From assembly GCA_046563655.1 (NCBI GenBank), contig CM102284.1:1-64000 (forward strand): 64,000 nt of DNA, in the 5' to 3' direction. Of the stretch, positions 50,147 through 64,000 are shown piece after piece. A program made the position numbers and the translations under genes. The notes below the pieces were generated by a model. That model was not told the DNA's origin, made no database searches, and worked only from the letters and a program-made list of their open reading frames with translations. The stretch comes from Yuukianura sp. NJ FZ-2021 (lineage: Eukaryota). Each line of letters opens with the position of its first letter. The stretch's first letter is position 1.

Positions 50147-51573
50147 TTATCCTGTTTTGATCATGAGTCCAGTGTCCAGTTTGAGTAGTTGCTTCACCAG
50201 TTCATAAGTACTGAAACTTACGGCTACCATTGGAATTGCCCGCAAGTAGTTGATGCTCATCCCACGAAACAAACCTCGAACAATCCCATTCTCCAAGTAG
50301 ATGCAACGCAGAGTGGAAACCATCCCCATACTAAAAACACAATTACACAATGTATTAGCAAAAAGAACTCTTTCAAGAATCAAAATGAAACTTACTGTCT
50401 GGTTTTGAGCAAATACAAGTCATTTGAATTGGAGTAGAACAAAAAGTGAAACACAAAATGAGTATGCTGAATAAATTTTGTTTAGTTTTGTTGTTGGGTG
50501 TTACCCAAATTTGTGAGTCTTTTCGTTCATCATGGCCAACTGCATTCTTCGTCTCGTCACATCCAATGGGTAGCTGAAAGTTTGTGCAACTGCCCCTGCC
50601 ACGCCACCACAAAGCAACTTGTAAGTCACCGTCAGCACAAGACCTCCAGTGTTGTGCTCGTTCCGATTACACGTCAACTCTGTTATCAAAAACAAAACAA
50701 AAACAAAGGTAAAGTTTGGCATTTTTGAAAAATATTGAATGTCTCATGTTTATGAAGTGACCTGGAAAGTGCTTCATACAGATGAATTTGAAATACTCGA
50801 AACAGTAGAAGCTGAGTCCTGCATAGGGAACCATTCCACAGACAGTGGGGATGAATCCACGATAGAGCCCTCGAAGTCCCCCTTCCTTTGTGAACATGGT
50901 CACAGCACAGGAGTAGATCCCAGAGTAGATGTGTTCTCCATGAACCTAGACAGTCCAATATGTCAACATGTTTAACTCAATTAAGTTAAACTAAATTTTG
51001 GTTAGGTGAGTAATTGTTCGTCTTTACTTGGAAGGCAAGTCTGGCACGAATGGTGTCGAGCGGATACGTCAAAAGTACTGCTGTGACACCAGCAGCTGAT
51101 CCAGCCAGGAACTTCCCAATGTGAGACTCCTCTCCAAATAGTTTCTTGTACTGTTCGAATGCTGTGAATTGGGTGGCAGCATAAGGGAAAATTCTAACCA
51201 TTTGTGCCCCGTTTCCTAAACAAATGAGAGTAATTAAGTTAAGTTAAACTGTTAATGCCAATTAACCTGAACTACTTCTGCTTAACTCACCTTTGTAGAG
51301 AGCAACAATGCTTTCCCTGTGAACGATTTCTCGTAAACCACTGAACACACCCAGATGCTTGTAGTGGGCTGAATGTGCTTGGAGCAGGATCTTGATTCTG
51401 TCCAGTGGAGCAACAGCGCTCTTGGCACACATCCCAGCAACACCTTCAATTTACAAACACAATTACATATACATATCATTCAGAAATCTGCTAATACTTG
51501 TGCTAGTTAGTAACTTACCACCGGATATGAGGGATTTCGCAATGAATTCCAAGTTACGAGGCTCGGTCGCCAT
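50147..51573 (-). CDS. SLC25A16: Mitochondrial carrier, Graves disease carrier protein / CoA-carrier subfamily
   Basis: Three PX[DE]XX[KR] signatures (APLDRIKILLQAH, YPLDTIRARLAFQ, YPLDVTRRRMQL), plus GNGAQMVRIFPYAATQF and RGMSINYLRAIPMVAVSFSTYE; about 6 coding exons. Confidence 0.92.
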
Positions 51574-52088
51574 CTTTAAATCCTCTGACCTCGGATCTCG
51601 TTCTGATTTTGCCAATACGACTAACTTCAATCTCATTTACTTCTATTCTTGATCTATTTTTCCAGGGTCATCAACAACCTACGAAAAATCAAAACTACTA
51701 AAGTAAACTTAACTTTCCAAATGTTACAAGTAGTACTTTAACTTACCCCTTGTGTGGGACGACTGTTGGTTTCGAATGGCCTTCATACAGTCCAACTGAC
51801 GTTGACCTTGATATGAGATGCAATGACTCAACCAGGTGATTGCGTGACGGTGTCCCCTTATCCTACGAGTGGTGGTCCACGATCCAAATCTTTTGATCAT
51901 TGAGATGTTCTGTTCTGGACAGGGTGACTGACCCGTTTGACCACTAATGCACTACTGCTCACACAACCAGTCTCTACCACCATGTCAACTTAATCACCAC
52001 TACGTCTACACTTGATAATCTTATTGACATTGTGACCTTTACTCCGGTGGTTGTTGACAGAAGTGCAGCCACTTCACTCTTGTCAATC

Positions 52089-52959
52089 CATAGATGGGCG
52101 TCCTCACTCAAAAAATCCTCAAAGAGGACGAAATCCTCAAAGAGGACACGATTTTGGATGAGGATTGAGTATAGAGGATTTGAGGACCGATGGCCGGGAA
52201 GAGTATAGAGGATTGAAGTTTTGAGGATGGACTTTGAATGAGGATAGAGGTTTTGAGTATTTAAGGATACAGTATGAAGTGAGGATAGAGGATTAGAGTA
52301 GTTGAGGATTCAAATTTACTTGAGGATTGAGTATTTGAGCACTCCTCAATTTCGCAATCCCTAGCAAATTGAGTCAAATGAGACATCCCCAGACATCCCG
52401 CTAACAACCGCGGTTGTTTCAAAGTTGAGCATGAGCTTTAATCCTATTTCTTCTCTTCACTATTATTCTTTTGTATCATCAGCTGCCACTGGCAATAGTA
52501 TAGTCCGAAGTGGTGCGTATCTAATTTAAATTAGTTAGTGAACAACATGTCGTCGAACTTAAAACAGGCAACACTCGAGTTTGGTCCTATCGTGATTAAT
52601 GACGAGGAAGTACAAGAAATCGAATCTTCGTCATCTGCAAAAGTTATCAACCGTCTACGTTACAAGAAAGTTACTGGTGGTGTTCCTGACGCTGTTAGGT
52701 TAGGTTAAATAAATTGAATTTTAGTCTTGAGGACATAGAATTTTAGAATTGAGGATAGAGGTTTAAGGATTTGAGGACATTATTGGGATTGAGGATAGAG
52801 GATTTGAGGTTTTAAGGATTGGGATACCAATGAGGATGAGGTTTTGAAGATTTGAGGACTAGAAATCGAGTGAGGATAGAGGAGAAGAGTACTTGAGGAT
52901 TGGGAATCGATTGAGGATAGAGGATTTGAGGACGTCCTCTTTGAGGATGCCCATCTATG
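52089..52959. mobile_element. Non-autonomous TIR transposon (871 bp), P-element-like termini (hAT not excluded)
   Basis: TIR catagatgggcgtcctca / tgaggatgcccatctatg (17/18 match), perfect 8-bp TSD tgtcaatc (52081-52088 and 52960-52967), and subterminal gaggat repeats. Confidence 0.88.
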
Positions 52960-53013
52960 TGTCAATCACCTTTCAGCAATCATTTTGGTTTCCTTTCCTT
53001 TTATATGACAACG

Positions 53014-53220
53014 AGAGGAGTAACACGTAACTCCTTCGGGTTGTATTTATAACCTTTCCTATCCTGAGTGCGGACCGACGGTGTAACAAAAATTCCGCAA
53101 CAATTTTGTTTTCCAAGTTCTACCCCAGGCTAATCCTCGGGAATGAGCAGAAACTGCAGACAGAGTTATCTGATTCTTAGACACTCTTACGTTTTGGACT
53201 TGAGACAAAATGCAGGAATC
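53014..53220 (-). ncRNA. Conserved structured non-coding element, copy B
   Basis: Reverse complement aligns colinearly with 16675-16869. Confidence 0.4.
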
Positions 53221-53874
53221 TTTTCCTGAATTCAAAACTTTAATGAACGATTGATTTGATTAGTGCAATTATCAAAAATCAATTAATTTTTATGACTATG
53301 AGTGGGAAATGATGGATTTATGCGGTGCATAACATGTCCGTTGGTACGATGAGTCATAAAGACGAATGAATAAGTTTTTAATTAAAGTAATTGCATAATT
53401 AATATGATTAATTTAGATGGAGAGTGGGTGGGAGAGTGGAGTGAAGTGATTGAGGAGGTGGAGGGGGTCTTCGCCTGTGTTGGGAGTGCCAAATAACCTC
53501 TCCATTCATTCCCTTCTCTTCTGGATGAAAGATAGAGTGAGGTTTCTTGGCTGTTGAGTTTGTGGGCATATGAGTCCATCGACCGCCGCTCCCCACAGGA
53601 CACCCAGACGCCATTTCTACACTACAAATTACCCCTCTAATCCCATTTCATTTCTCTCTCTTTCGTCAATCGACAGACGATCCACTTCAATTAACTTAAG
53701 GACAAGGAAGGACCCAGAGAGAGGCCACACGCAAGGTCAACTCCACTCCAGCATCGACAACCACCAAGTAAGACTATCCAAGTCCATCATTAACGATCTA
53801 AAGACGACTGAGTAATTCCGTCTCTTTCAGATTGAAAAGTGAGTCACTGAGAAGGAACAGACACTGATTTGGCC

Positions 53875-55211
<1,337 letters not shown>

Positions 55212-55575
55212 TAAAAGAGAGAGGAATGTAAACGTTATGGATCACTTTTTCCATCATCTTTAATTAATGTGAGTAATTTGTGAATTTGTGCGTAAAGTAT
55301 AAGTTAAACAGTAATCATAATTTAAATAAAACCTTCGCCTCAGTTGCTGTACATGGCTCCAACCTTCCTAATGTAAATAAATAGAGTATGACTTTATTCA
55401 ATTGACATCACTGCAACAGTTAACTGAGTAATTAGCACCTAACCACAATAACTTAAGTCCCACTTTTCACTTTTAAGAGTAATTAAACAGTTAAAAATTA
55501 ATGTTCCCTAACTGGCGTCTTCTTTGAAGGTACAGAGTCATTTTCAGACTGAAAATTTGATGGTGGCTACGTGGC

Positions 55576-58500
55576 TTAACTCATCGGCTGGAATCCGCCC
55601 CACTGGATGGTCCCACTCGCCTTCGTCCCACCGCCCGGTAACATGAATTTGATGGAGTCATCTAGTCCCACCTTCTCCACCGCTCCCTGCCACCCACTAG
55701 CCCCCTTCTCTGTCAAAGTTAAATTCAACTTTCAACTGGGGAAAAGTTAAAACATTTTCAATTTCAACTTGAATTTGAAGTTACCTGGTTGTTTGATCCC
55801 ACCATCGTGGCTGAAACTGGACTTGACGATGATGTCTCTTGGTCCAGAGTCTCTTGTGATGTCCACGAGTGGTCCAGTGATCAGGTCATCATAGTCCATC
55901 GGTTGTGATGGTTTCAGTTTAGATTCTGAGTGAGGACGGAAGTGATGCTGCGGAGGTGGGGCATATGGGGGAGGAGATTCGTGGTTTGGATGCTGGGAAA
56001 AGGGCGGTTGGTGGTAGAAGTTGTGATGGTGGGGCGGTGGGGCCGAAGGCTGGAAAGTCTCCTGCCTGTACAGTTCTTGCGATTGGCTGCTTTCCATCCG
56101 CCTCATTCCTGCTTTGGAATCAGTTCCTTGTTGAGTTTGCGCAATCATCTTGGCTTGAGTTTCTTGTGGAGGGTGGGACTGCTGCTGGGTGGGATCAGCT
56201 TCTCTGCCAGTTTTTTGGGGTGGAGGAAGCACAATCTGGTGCTGGACAGACTCAGCACCAGTCAGTTGTTGTGGTGGCTCTGGTGGCACTGGTGGGTTGG
56301 TGCTTGTGAGTTGCGGTTGCTTCTGCGCAAGAGGCAGTTCCACTTCGTCCGAGTACTCGATGAACTCATCCCCTTGTCCATTCTGCTTCAGTTTCTCCAG
56401 TTCCTCTTGTGTCACATAAATCACCTCCTCGGAAGAAGTGGCAGATGAATCCAGTCGCGGTTTGATGCTGGTCGTGGCAGTAGTTGGAGAAACTACTGGT
56501 GGCGTGGAAGATGGTGGGGCTGGGTGGGATGCTGGAACGGGTGGGCCACGAAATGGTCCAGCAGACGGTGGGAATGGGTGTCTCTGTCCAGTTCGTTTGA
56601 GTTGATTGTCCTCCTGGAACTTGTGTAGCAAATGCCCTTGTGGAGGGGGTGGTCCTAAATCAACAAACGTCAATGCATTACTTCAATTGTTACGTCTAAA
56701 CTCCACTTACATTTTACTTTAAATGTAAATTTAAATTCAATCTCTTTCCGCAGTTATTTCAAGGAGATCATTTTAATTGCTTTAATAGTTTAGTGATTAA
56801 TTTTTTTTTAAATTCCATTTTTGACGCTTTATAATTAAAAATGTAATCTTCCACCTAAATTTCCAGAGTTTTGATATTTGGAATTTCGCTCGTCTTAGAC
56901 TCTAATTTTCCAGCTAAACGTTTTAAAATTTGGAATTTTGTAGTGTTTCCAAAGTTGTGGAAGGTGGTTACCTTGAATGAAGAAGCCAATTGGTGGAGGA
57001 TGACCTTGACCTTGGTGGAATTGCGGTGGGGCGTTTCCCCCTGGGGGAGGGGATGGCGGAATGCGAGGTGGAAGTGGGCGTCCTGCGTTTTGCTGTCCGT
57101 TCTGCATTACCCCCGGGGGTGCCTGATGAATTGCTAAATCTGGAACTCTCGTTGGTTTCTGTCCGTTGAATTGCTGGAAGAATCCTGGAGGTGGCTGCAT
57201 CGACGGCCCACCAAACGGCGGGGCAGGAGGCGCTTGACCTTGAGGCGGGGGACCTTGACCTTAACAAACAATTTCAATCAAAATTCCATTTTAATCAAAA
57301 TTTCACTCGAAACTCAACTTTTCTTACATGACTTTTCTAAAAATATTTTTTTTAAATTACCAAACTGATTGTTGTGTGGAGGAAACTGATTTGGGGGGAA
57401 CTTGAGTCCAGGAGGTGGATGGCCCCACGGTCTTACAGTTTCGTTTCCATATCCAATCATAACATGCGGAGGAAGTGGTGGGCCCCGTTTGGTTCCGTAG
57501 AACAAATTGGTTAGAAAAGAAGCTGCAGTGGAGGGGCGGGGGAAGGGTGGCGGTGGATGCTGAGGGTGGGGCGGTGGTGGGAACATTCCAGCGATGTCTT
57601 CGCTCTTTTCCGTTGTGTTTCTCTTCTCCTCCTCCACTTCATCTTCATATTCCACTGATTGAGGAATTTCCACTGGTCCTTCGGGTAGTTTCGTTTTCTC
57701 TCCAGATACTTGTTGATCTCCTTCCCCGAAGAGTGGGAGTCGTTCGCTGGGGTGGACATTTGCATTTGGTCTGAACTGCGGGAGGATGTTGGGCAGAGAT
57801 GGAACTTCTTCCACTTCTTCCTCTTCTGGATCGTTTTCCAGAATAGAAAGTGACCCTGGTTCGTTCAGAATCTGTTCAGCCGAGATGAAGAAGTTGTCCA
57901 CTTGACTCGGTTTGAAACTGACCTTGGGAAGTGGGGCAGTTGAGGTCGATGACCTCTGCGTTGTAGGAGGAGAAGTAGAAGTAGTGGGTTTTTGTGTTGT
58001 AGTAGTTGTTGTTGTTGTTGTGGGTTCTGTTGTTGTTGTCGTTGTTGTTTTAGGCTGTATTGTTGTTGTAGATTTGGGAATTTGTACCTGTGGGGGATGA
58101 ATTGGTTCGTACAAGTCATGTGGCAGTTGGAAAACAGTTTGCGGGAACATTTGATCCTTGTTTGAGTTTGATTCCACTGCTAAATTATCTTGGTGCTGAA
58201 AAGAAGTTTGCGTGAGGTCAGAGGTCACGCTGTTCGGTCTCTGTTGCAACACTGCTGGTTTGGATTCCTGTTCATAGTACTGTTGTGGAGAGGGTGGATT
58301 GTGGGGGTGTGACTGTTGGTTGCTGTAGTACTGTCCCTGTGCATTGTTGTACGGATTGTACATGACTGGAGTCTCTTCCGGGTAATCTTCATAGTAAGTT
58401 TCGTATTCCGCTGATGTTGTTGTGGAGGAAGGAGGGGCTGTGGTGGGTGGAGCGGTGGCTTTTGTTGTAGAAACGACTGGTGGTGTTGGGGGTTGAGTTG

Positions 58501-61500
58501 TGGAAGGGATGAAAGTTGACCAAATTGTCACTTTTTCCTGGATGGCTGGAATTGTTGACTTTTGAGTTGGAATCGTGATTATTGGCGGAGGTTGTGTGGA
58601 AGGAGGCGGAGCTTTTGTTGTTGTTGCTTCTGTTGTTGTTGTTGTTGGAACAGTAGTAGTTGTTGGGGGGTCCAGTTTAACCGTAGTAGTTTGTGTTGTT
58701 GTCGCTTCTGTAGTGGTCGGAGCAGAAGTTGTTGTTGTGGTAGTTGCAGCTTTTGTTGTTGTTGTTGTAGCTTCTGTTGTTGTTGTTGTTTCTGCTGGAA
58801 TGGGAAAAGGTGGAGGGTTGTAGTCGATTTCTTGTGAAAATGGCGGCGGAGAGTTGTAGACGATTTCTTCTGAAGCCATTTTTTGCGGCAATTGGACAAC
58901 TACGAGTGGCTCTTTGTGTTGAGTGACTTGGGTGGGACCAATCGGGTGGGAAGTGGGACTGGAAGGAAGTGGAGCTGGAGTTGGGGGAGGTTTTTGGAAC
59001 GGAATGTCTGGTAGTGGCACAGGAATTCTGTTTTTCATGAGTTCTCCGACAGGGGGCGGTGGTCTGAATGGGAAATTGTGTCTATGAGGGGGTGGAAAGT
59101 GAGGTGGTGGGGGGTAGATTGGTGGTCGGTTAAAGTGAGGTGGTGGAGCATAGGGTGGTCTGAAATTAGGAGGTGGTCTGAAATGGTGGGGGGCAGGAGG
59201 TGGGGCTGGTCTGGGTTGATGCATGTCGTTGGGAAGTTGAATGGGATTGAATCCAGGTCCACTTGGTGTTTCTACTGAAACTGGGCTTTCATTTGACGTT
59301 TCTGCGCTGAATTGTGGGTGGATATTTTGAGTAGTTGTAAAAGTTGTGGTTGGTGGTTGTGTAGTTGATGTTGTTGTTGTAGGAGTAGTTGTTGTTGGTG
59401 TTGTAGAAGATGATGTTGTTGAAATAGTGGATGGATTTGTTTGTGAAACGAATGAAACTGCTGGTACTGGAGAAGTATTTGGTGGTGGATTTTGGAATTG
59501 AGAAGGGGGATGATGAGGGGGTTGAAATTGGTGATTTTGTCCTTGTGTATTTGGAATCTGTTGTGGGGTGAGTTGTGCAGGGGGATGAATTTGAGGTGGT
59601 TGCTGAGGGGGATGAATTTGCGGGGATTGTTGTTGTGGGGAATGAATTTGAGGGGGCTGATTTTGAGAGGGATGAATTTGGGATTGTTGTGAGGGATGAT
59701 GTTGAAATGCATTGGGTGGAGCTGGATAAGGTCCCCATGGTGAGTAAAATTGTTGTTGTCCTGGGGGTGGAAAGTACCAGGGTGGTTGAGGGTTTCCTTG
59801 AGCAAAGGAATTGAAGCTATTAGGGGATGGTTGTTGATTTCCATTGTAAGGATTGTAGAATGGTGGAAATTGGGCCAAGTTTTGCGGTGGTTGTTGCGGT
59901 GGGGACTGTCCGTCATAGTCATAGTCATATTCCTCATGTTCAGTCACTGCTTCAATCGTTCCAGTGCTGTTTGTGGTTGACTCAGGGACAGTCGTTGGAT
60001 TTTGAGTTGTTGAAGATGGAATGTCCTCCAGAAGTCCAGAGATGCTAATTGTAGTAGATGGAGTTGATGAAATTTCGACTAATGCTGGAACGTAGTCTAA
60101 TGGCACTGCTTCTACGCTTCCCACGATATCTTCGCCTGGAGGAATGTCACCAAAAATATCAGTTGGGCTGAAACTGGAGATTGGACTTTGTGGACTGATT
60201 TCTTGAATATGAGCCGGTAGTTCTATGTCAGGTTTTTTGGTCTGGAGATGAAGGAGGTCAAAGGGGAGGTAGGGATCATAGCCCGGGGGAAATGTTGAGG
60301 CTGATTGGCTAACTTTGAGTGTAATTAGTCTGAATTCTTCTGTAGTGGAAGTGGGCGGGGCTTCAGTTGTCGTAGTTATAGTTGTGGTAGGAGGAGGAGT
60401 TGTAGTTGTCGTAGTAGTAGTAGAAGTTGTTGTTGTTGTCGTTGGTTGAGTGGTGGATGTGCTGCTAGTTTTGATTCCCATGCTGTTTTTGAAGTCGCTG
60501 AGTGATTGAACTTTTGGATAGAAACTTGGGAGTCTGGGTGGGGCCAAAGTGGTTGATCTGTTTCCGTAGAAAAACGTTGGTTTTTTAGGCACAAACTTGT
60601 TGACTGGTCGTCGTTGTTGCCCCTGCATCTTGGTAGTTGAGTAAGAATGGATGATGATGGGCATTGGCTTCTTCTTTTTCGCCGATGCATCGGCAGTTCC
60701 GTTCGTCTCCACTTCGTTGCTCGAAATGGCTTTCTTCTGCCCCGGAGTGAAAGTGATGTCGCCCGTCGTTGGATCCTAAAACAAAGAAACTCATTGTAGG
60801 ATCCCAATATTTTCAAGCGTCAAAACAAACTTATACTTCTCATTAATTAACAATTTAACACTTTAACTCTCTACTGCTTTTCGATCCCGAGGGATGAATT
60901 TTCAAAATTTTTAAAAAAGATTGTTGAAATTTTAAAAAACTTTGAAAATCCATAATTCTGAAATAAAAGGGGATAGAATTTTAAATTCAACCCAAAACTA
61001 TCTTGCAAGTTATACAAATAAAAAGGCAACTAAAAAATGAAAAAACAAAAAGGAAGAGAAAAGAGAAAGTTGCTTTCACGATTTGCACCCCCGATTCACT
61101 TTACCCTAGCGACTTTTTATTAAGTATCGTCAGATACTTATAGTCATCGTAATGTCCGTCCGTCTGTCTGTCCGTCTGTCTGTCTGTCCGTCTGTCTGTC
61201 TGTCCGTCTGTCTGTCTGTCCGTCCGTCTGTATACTAGCTACAATATCTCTGGAACCGCTGGACCGATTTTCAATCTGTCTTCACAGATCAACTACGCAT
61301 GGTCCAGGGATGATTAATCGGTGTCCAGCTTGACCGGAAGTTGTCCAGGTTCGGGTCAAAGGTCAAGGTCAAATACATTTTTGACGGAAATCGGGAAAGT
61401 CACCCTTATAAAAGTTGTCCGTCTCATCGAGTCGAACAACTTTTGTATAGGTGACCTTGACCTCTGACCCGGGGCTCTGGAGATATAGGCCTTAGAAGTT

Positions 61501-63698
61501 GCATTATGGCGAGCCTCATGCAATTCGCGTCTATAACTCCAGAACCACTGGACCGATTTCCAATCTGTCTTCGCGGTTGCGGTTCACATGTACCAGGGGT
61601 GTATAATCATTGTCCAGCTTGACCGGAAGTTGTCCAGGTCCGGGCCAAAGGTCACGGTCAAGTACTCTATTGACGGAAATCGAAAAAATTGCCTCTACAA
61701 AAGTTGTGTATCCTATTGTGCTGAACAACTTTTTTAAAGATGACCTTGAGCTTTGATCTACGTTTCCAGAGATATAGACGATAGAAGTTGAAAATGGCGT
61801 CCCTCGTCCTAGTCGGGGAAGCATGACCTACTTTATGTTTTCTCCCGAGTCTGGCTGTCTGTCTGTCTGTCCGTCTGCCTGTCTGCACAATAGTGCCAGA
61901 GGTCAAGGTTATGCTTTCTTTACAATACGGAAACGGATGTACAGACTCGGAAGCGGTTTGCGGGGATCCGATTTTGATCACCTCGAGTGACCTCTAACAG
62001 GGTCAAGGCTCACGGTCCTCGTTTTTTTCTACAATTCGGAAACGAATGGACCGATGCGGAAATGGTTTCCGGGGATGGATGTTTGACGACGCGAGGACTA
62101 AAATTCCAAATGTTCTTTGACCTCAAGTGACCTCTAACCATATCAGAGGTCTAGTCAACAATATCCTGCGCGGGAACTTTCTATAACTGATCTGACGATA
62201 CTTATTTACATCGTCTTTGCAAGAAGTTTATTCTTCATTGTTTTTTTAAATCAAAAACATAAAGTTATTAATTTTCAAGAAAAGTTGGTAAACATTATGT
62301 TTTCAATGTTTGGCAGGAATTCTGAAGATTTCGTTCTGAACTCTAACCATAACTTTTTTTTAAAGCATCTTGAAAAAGAAAGTTTTGGGATTTTTTGTTA
62401 CTTAACTTTTGAATAAAATGGATTGTTACCTTATCCAAGTAGAATGGTTTTCCTCCGTCCATGCCGAAGATGCCTGGCATTCTGTATCCAGAGTTGACAT
62501 CTCTCTTGAGTCTTACAAAAAGTGGCCCAATGGGATTGAAGAGTCTGTTTCTGTTGTTTCCGCGTGACTCTGTGTGAATTCCTGTGTGCAGTTTCACTTC
62601 CATCGTTTCTGGTTTCGAATCTCCCTCCTTGGTGGCTCTTGGACGCCCAGTCAAGTACTGCTGCTCCAAACGACGCTCTGCAGACGGCTTTTTGACGCGC
62701 AGTTTCTTGCGTCTCACTTGCGGTCCCTGCTGTGCGACTCCTGCGGTTTGACCTCCATTTTGTTGAGGAGCAAAAGTGTTGAGGGGAAAGTAGTGCGGGT
62801 AGGCTGGAGGGTGCGGTCGGTAGCCAGGCACGGTTGGTGATCTGTGGAACATGTTCGAGATTTTCTGGAGGTAGTGATTGAGAGAGACACGATGTTGCTG
62901 GGTTTTAGGAGGGTAGATTGGCGACATTGGCGACATTTGCGACATTGGGGGTCTGGCATAAGTTGGCATGTTGACACTTCCAGCTTGTTGCTGAGGAAAG
63001 TTAGTTTGCGGGGGGCCTGCGTAGGGTTGATTTGTGGGAGGAGCTGCGGCGACATTTGAAAAATGCAGAACTTTGCCTGGTTGAGGATGCGGTCGCCACT
63101 GCGGAGGATTAGGGGGACCCCGTCTAAAAATTGAAGTGAGACGACTAAAGGCCGACATTGGCGGATACGCAGGTCCAGGATGGTGAAATGGTGGAAAATG
63201 GGGATTGGGTTGCGTAGGAATGGGAATGCGTTGACCTTCTGCTGACCCCGACTCTTCCACAGACTGAGATTGGTGGTGAGTCAGTTGTGGTGGGGGAGAC
63301 GCTGAAGGTGGGGCTGGTGGGTCGTGAAGTGGGATCGGAGGAGGGCGTTTCTTTTTCTTTTTGAAGAGACTGAAACCGGGTTTAGAGCGTGGAGGAGGGG
63401 GGCCGAGGGGAGTTTGCGTAGTGAAAGAGACAAATTGGGGGTCAGAGTCATAGACTGGTTTGAATCCGTGCACGATGTTTGGGGGTGAGAATTTTAAAGT
63501 AGTTGAAGTGTAGTTGTGATGCGGAGGTCGAGTGACATTGGTCATCAGATTCCCAGCTTCGAATTGGTCAATGGCAGTCACCACGTCAGTTTCCTTGAAT
63601 GACGAAGAAGTTGACACATTTTGGGAACATGTTGCGCAGAAGCAGCTAAAAAGTAGCAACAGAAACAGTTGCCAGGAATCCATCTTCCGAAACTTCAT
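55576..63698 (-). CDS. Large secreted Pro/Thr/Gln-rich mucin- or extracellular-matrix-like protein (~1991 aa)
   Basis: Exons 63698-62430, 60775-57361, 57259-56972, 56654-55785 and 55709-55576 sum to 5976 nt in frame. Signal peptide MDSWQLFLLLLFSCFCATCS, furin-type RLKR site and poly-Thr tracts. Confidence 0.8.
61114..62230 (+). mobile_element. Non-autonomous Helentron / DINE-1-like (HINE) element in intron 1 of the secreted-protein gene
   Basis: 15-bp sub-terminal inverted repeats taagtatcgtcagat (61121-61135) and atctgacgatactta (62190-62204), a partial inversion after the 5' subTIR, a (GTCY)n microsatellite at ~61153-61231, an internal ~290-bp duplication and T-rich flanks. Confidence 0.85.
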
Positions 63699-64000
63699 CT
63701 AAAAAAATGTATTGAAAACGTTAAGGTTTAGAAGAATGAGTGAGTGTGGTGTGACAAAAAGACAGAGTAGGATGAAATGTGGAGATGCTTGGGGTGTGTC
63801 TAAAAGGCAGAATGGATCTGGGCTACTTGTGTACAAAGTAATTAAAATCCACCCTCCTTTTGCCGTGTCATAAATTTTGACAGTTTGAGTGAAAGGAGAG
63901 ATGGGACAATTTTGACTTTTGCCAAAATGTCCTTCATCCGTCACTCTCCAAGGCATTCGTCAGAGGAATTTGAGAATCGAGAGCAGGCGACCGCAGAGAG

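Noticed and set aside
55930-63059. Plus-strand and alternate-frame ORFs (poly-Val, poly-Cys, poly-Gln)
   Set aside because: These are shadows of the low-complexity Thr/Pro-coding exons on the minus strand.

Overview
Eukaryotic genomic DNA, most likely from an arthropod: the telomere repeat is TTAGG and most introns are about 55-90 nt GT-AG. Two contigs are joined by a 100-N gap at 14252-14351. The left contig looks subtelomeric. It holds a degenerate minisatellite, three small spliced orphan genes, each preceded by a decayed opposite-strand coding module, and several non-autonomous DNA transposons, including a Transib with an RSS-like end. It ends in a near-perfect 49-bp satellite (~107 copies) running into TTAGG repeats at the gap. 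The right contig is gene-dense. In order it carries an SR-rich gene (-), a nucleolin-like 2xRRM gene (+), a ~35-exon SLC9C/sNHE voltage-gated Na+/H+ exchanger (+), a MISP/AKAP2-like gene (-), an 18-kb 50-bp satellite with higher-order structure, SLC25A16 (-), a P/hAT-type MITE, the PP2A catalytic subunit (+), and a ~1991-aa secreted Pro/Thr-rich protein (-) with a Helentron/DINE-1-like element in intron 1. The least explained signal is a ~200-bp block-conserved, structured non-coding element present twice (16675-16869 on +, 53014-53220 on -). Both copies lie between head-to-head genes. It is a candidate unannotated small RNA family or a shared promoter module. All gene models were spliced by eye and no database searches were run.
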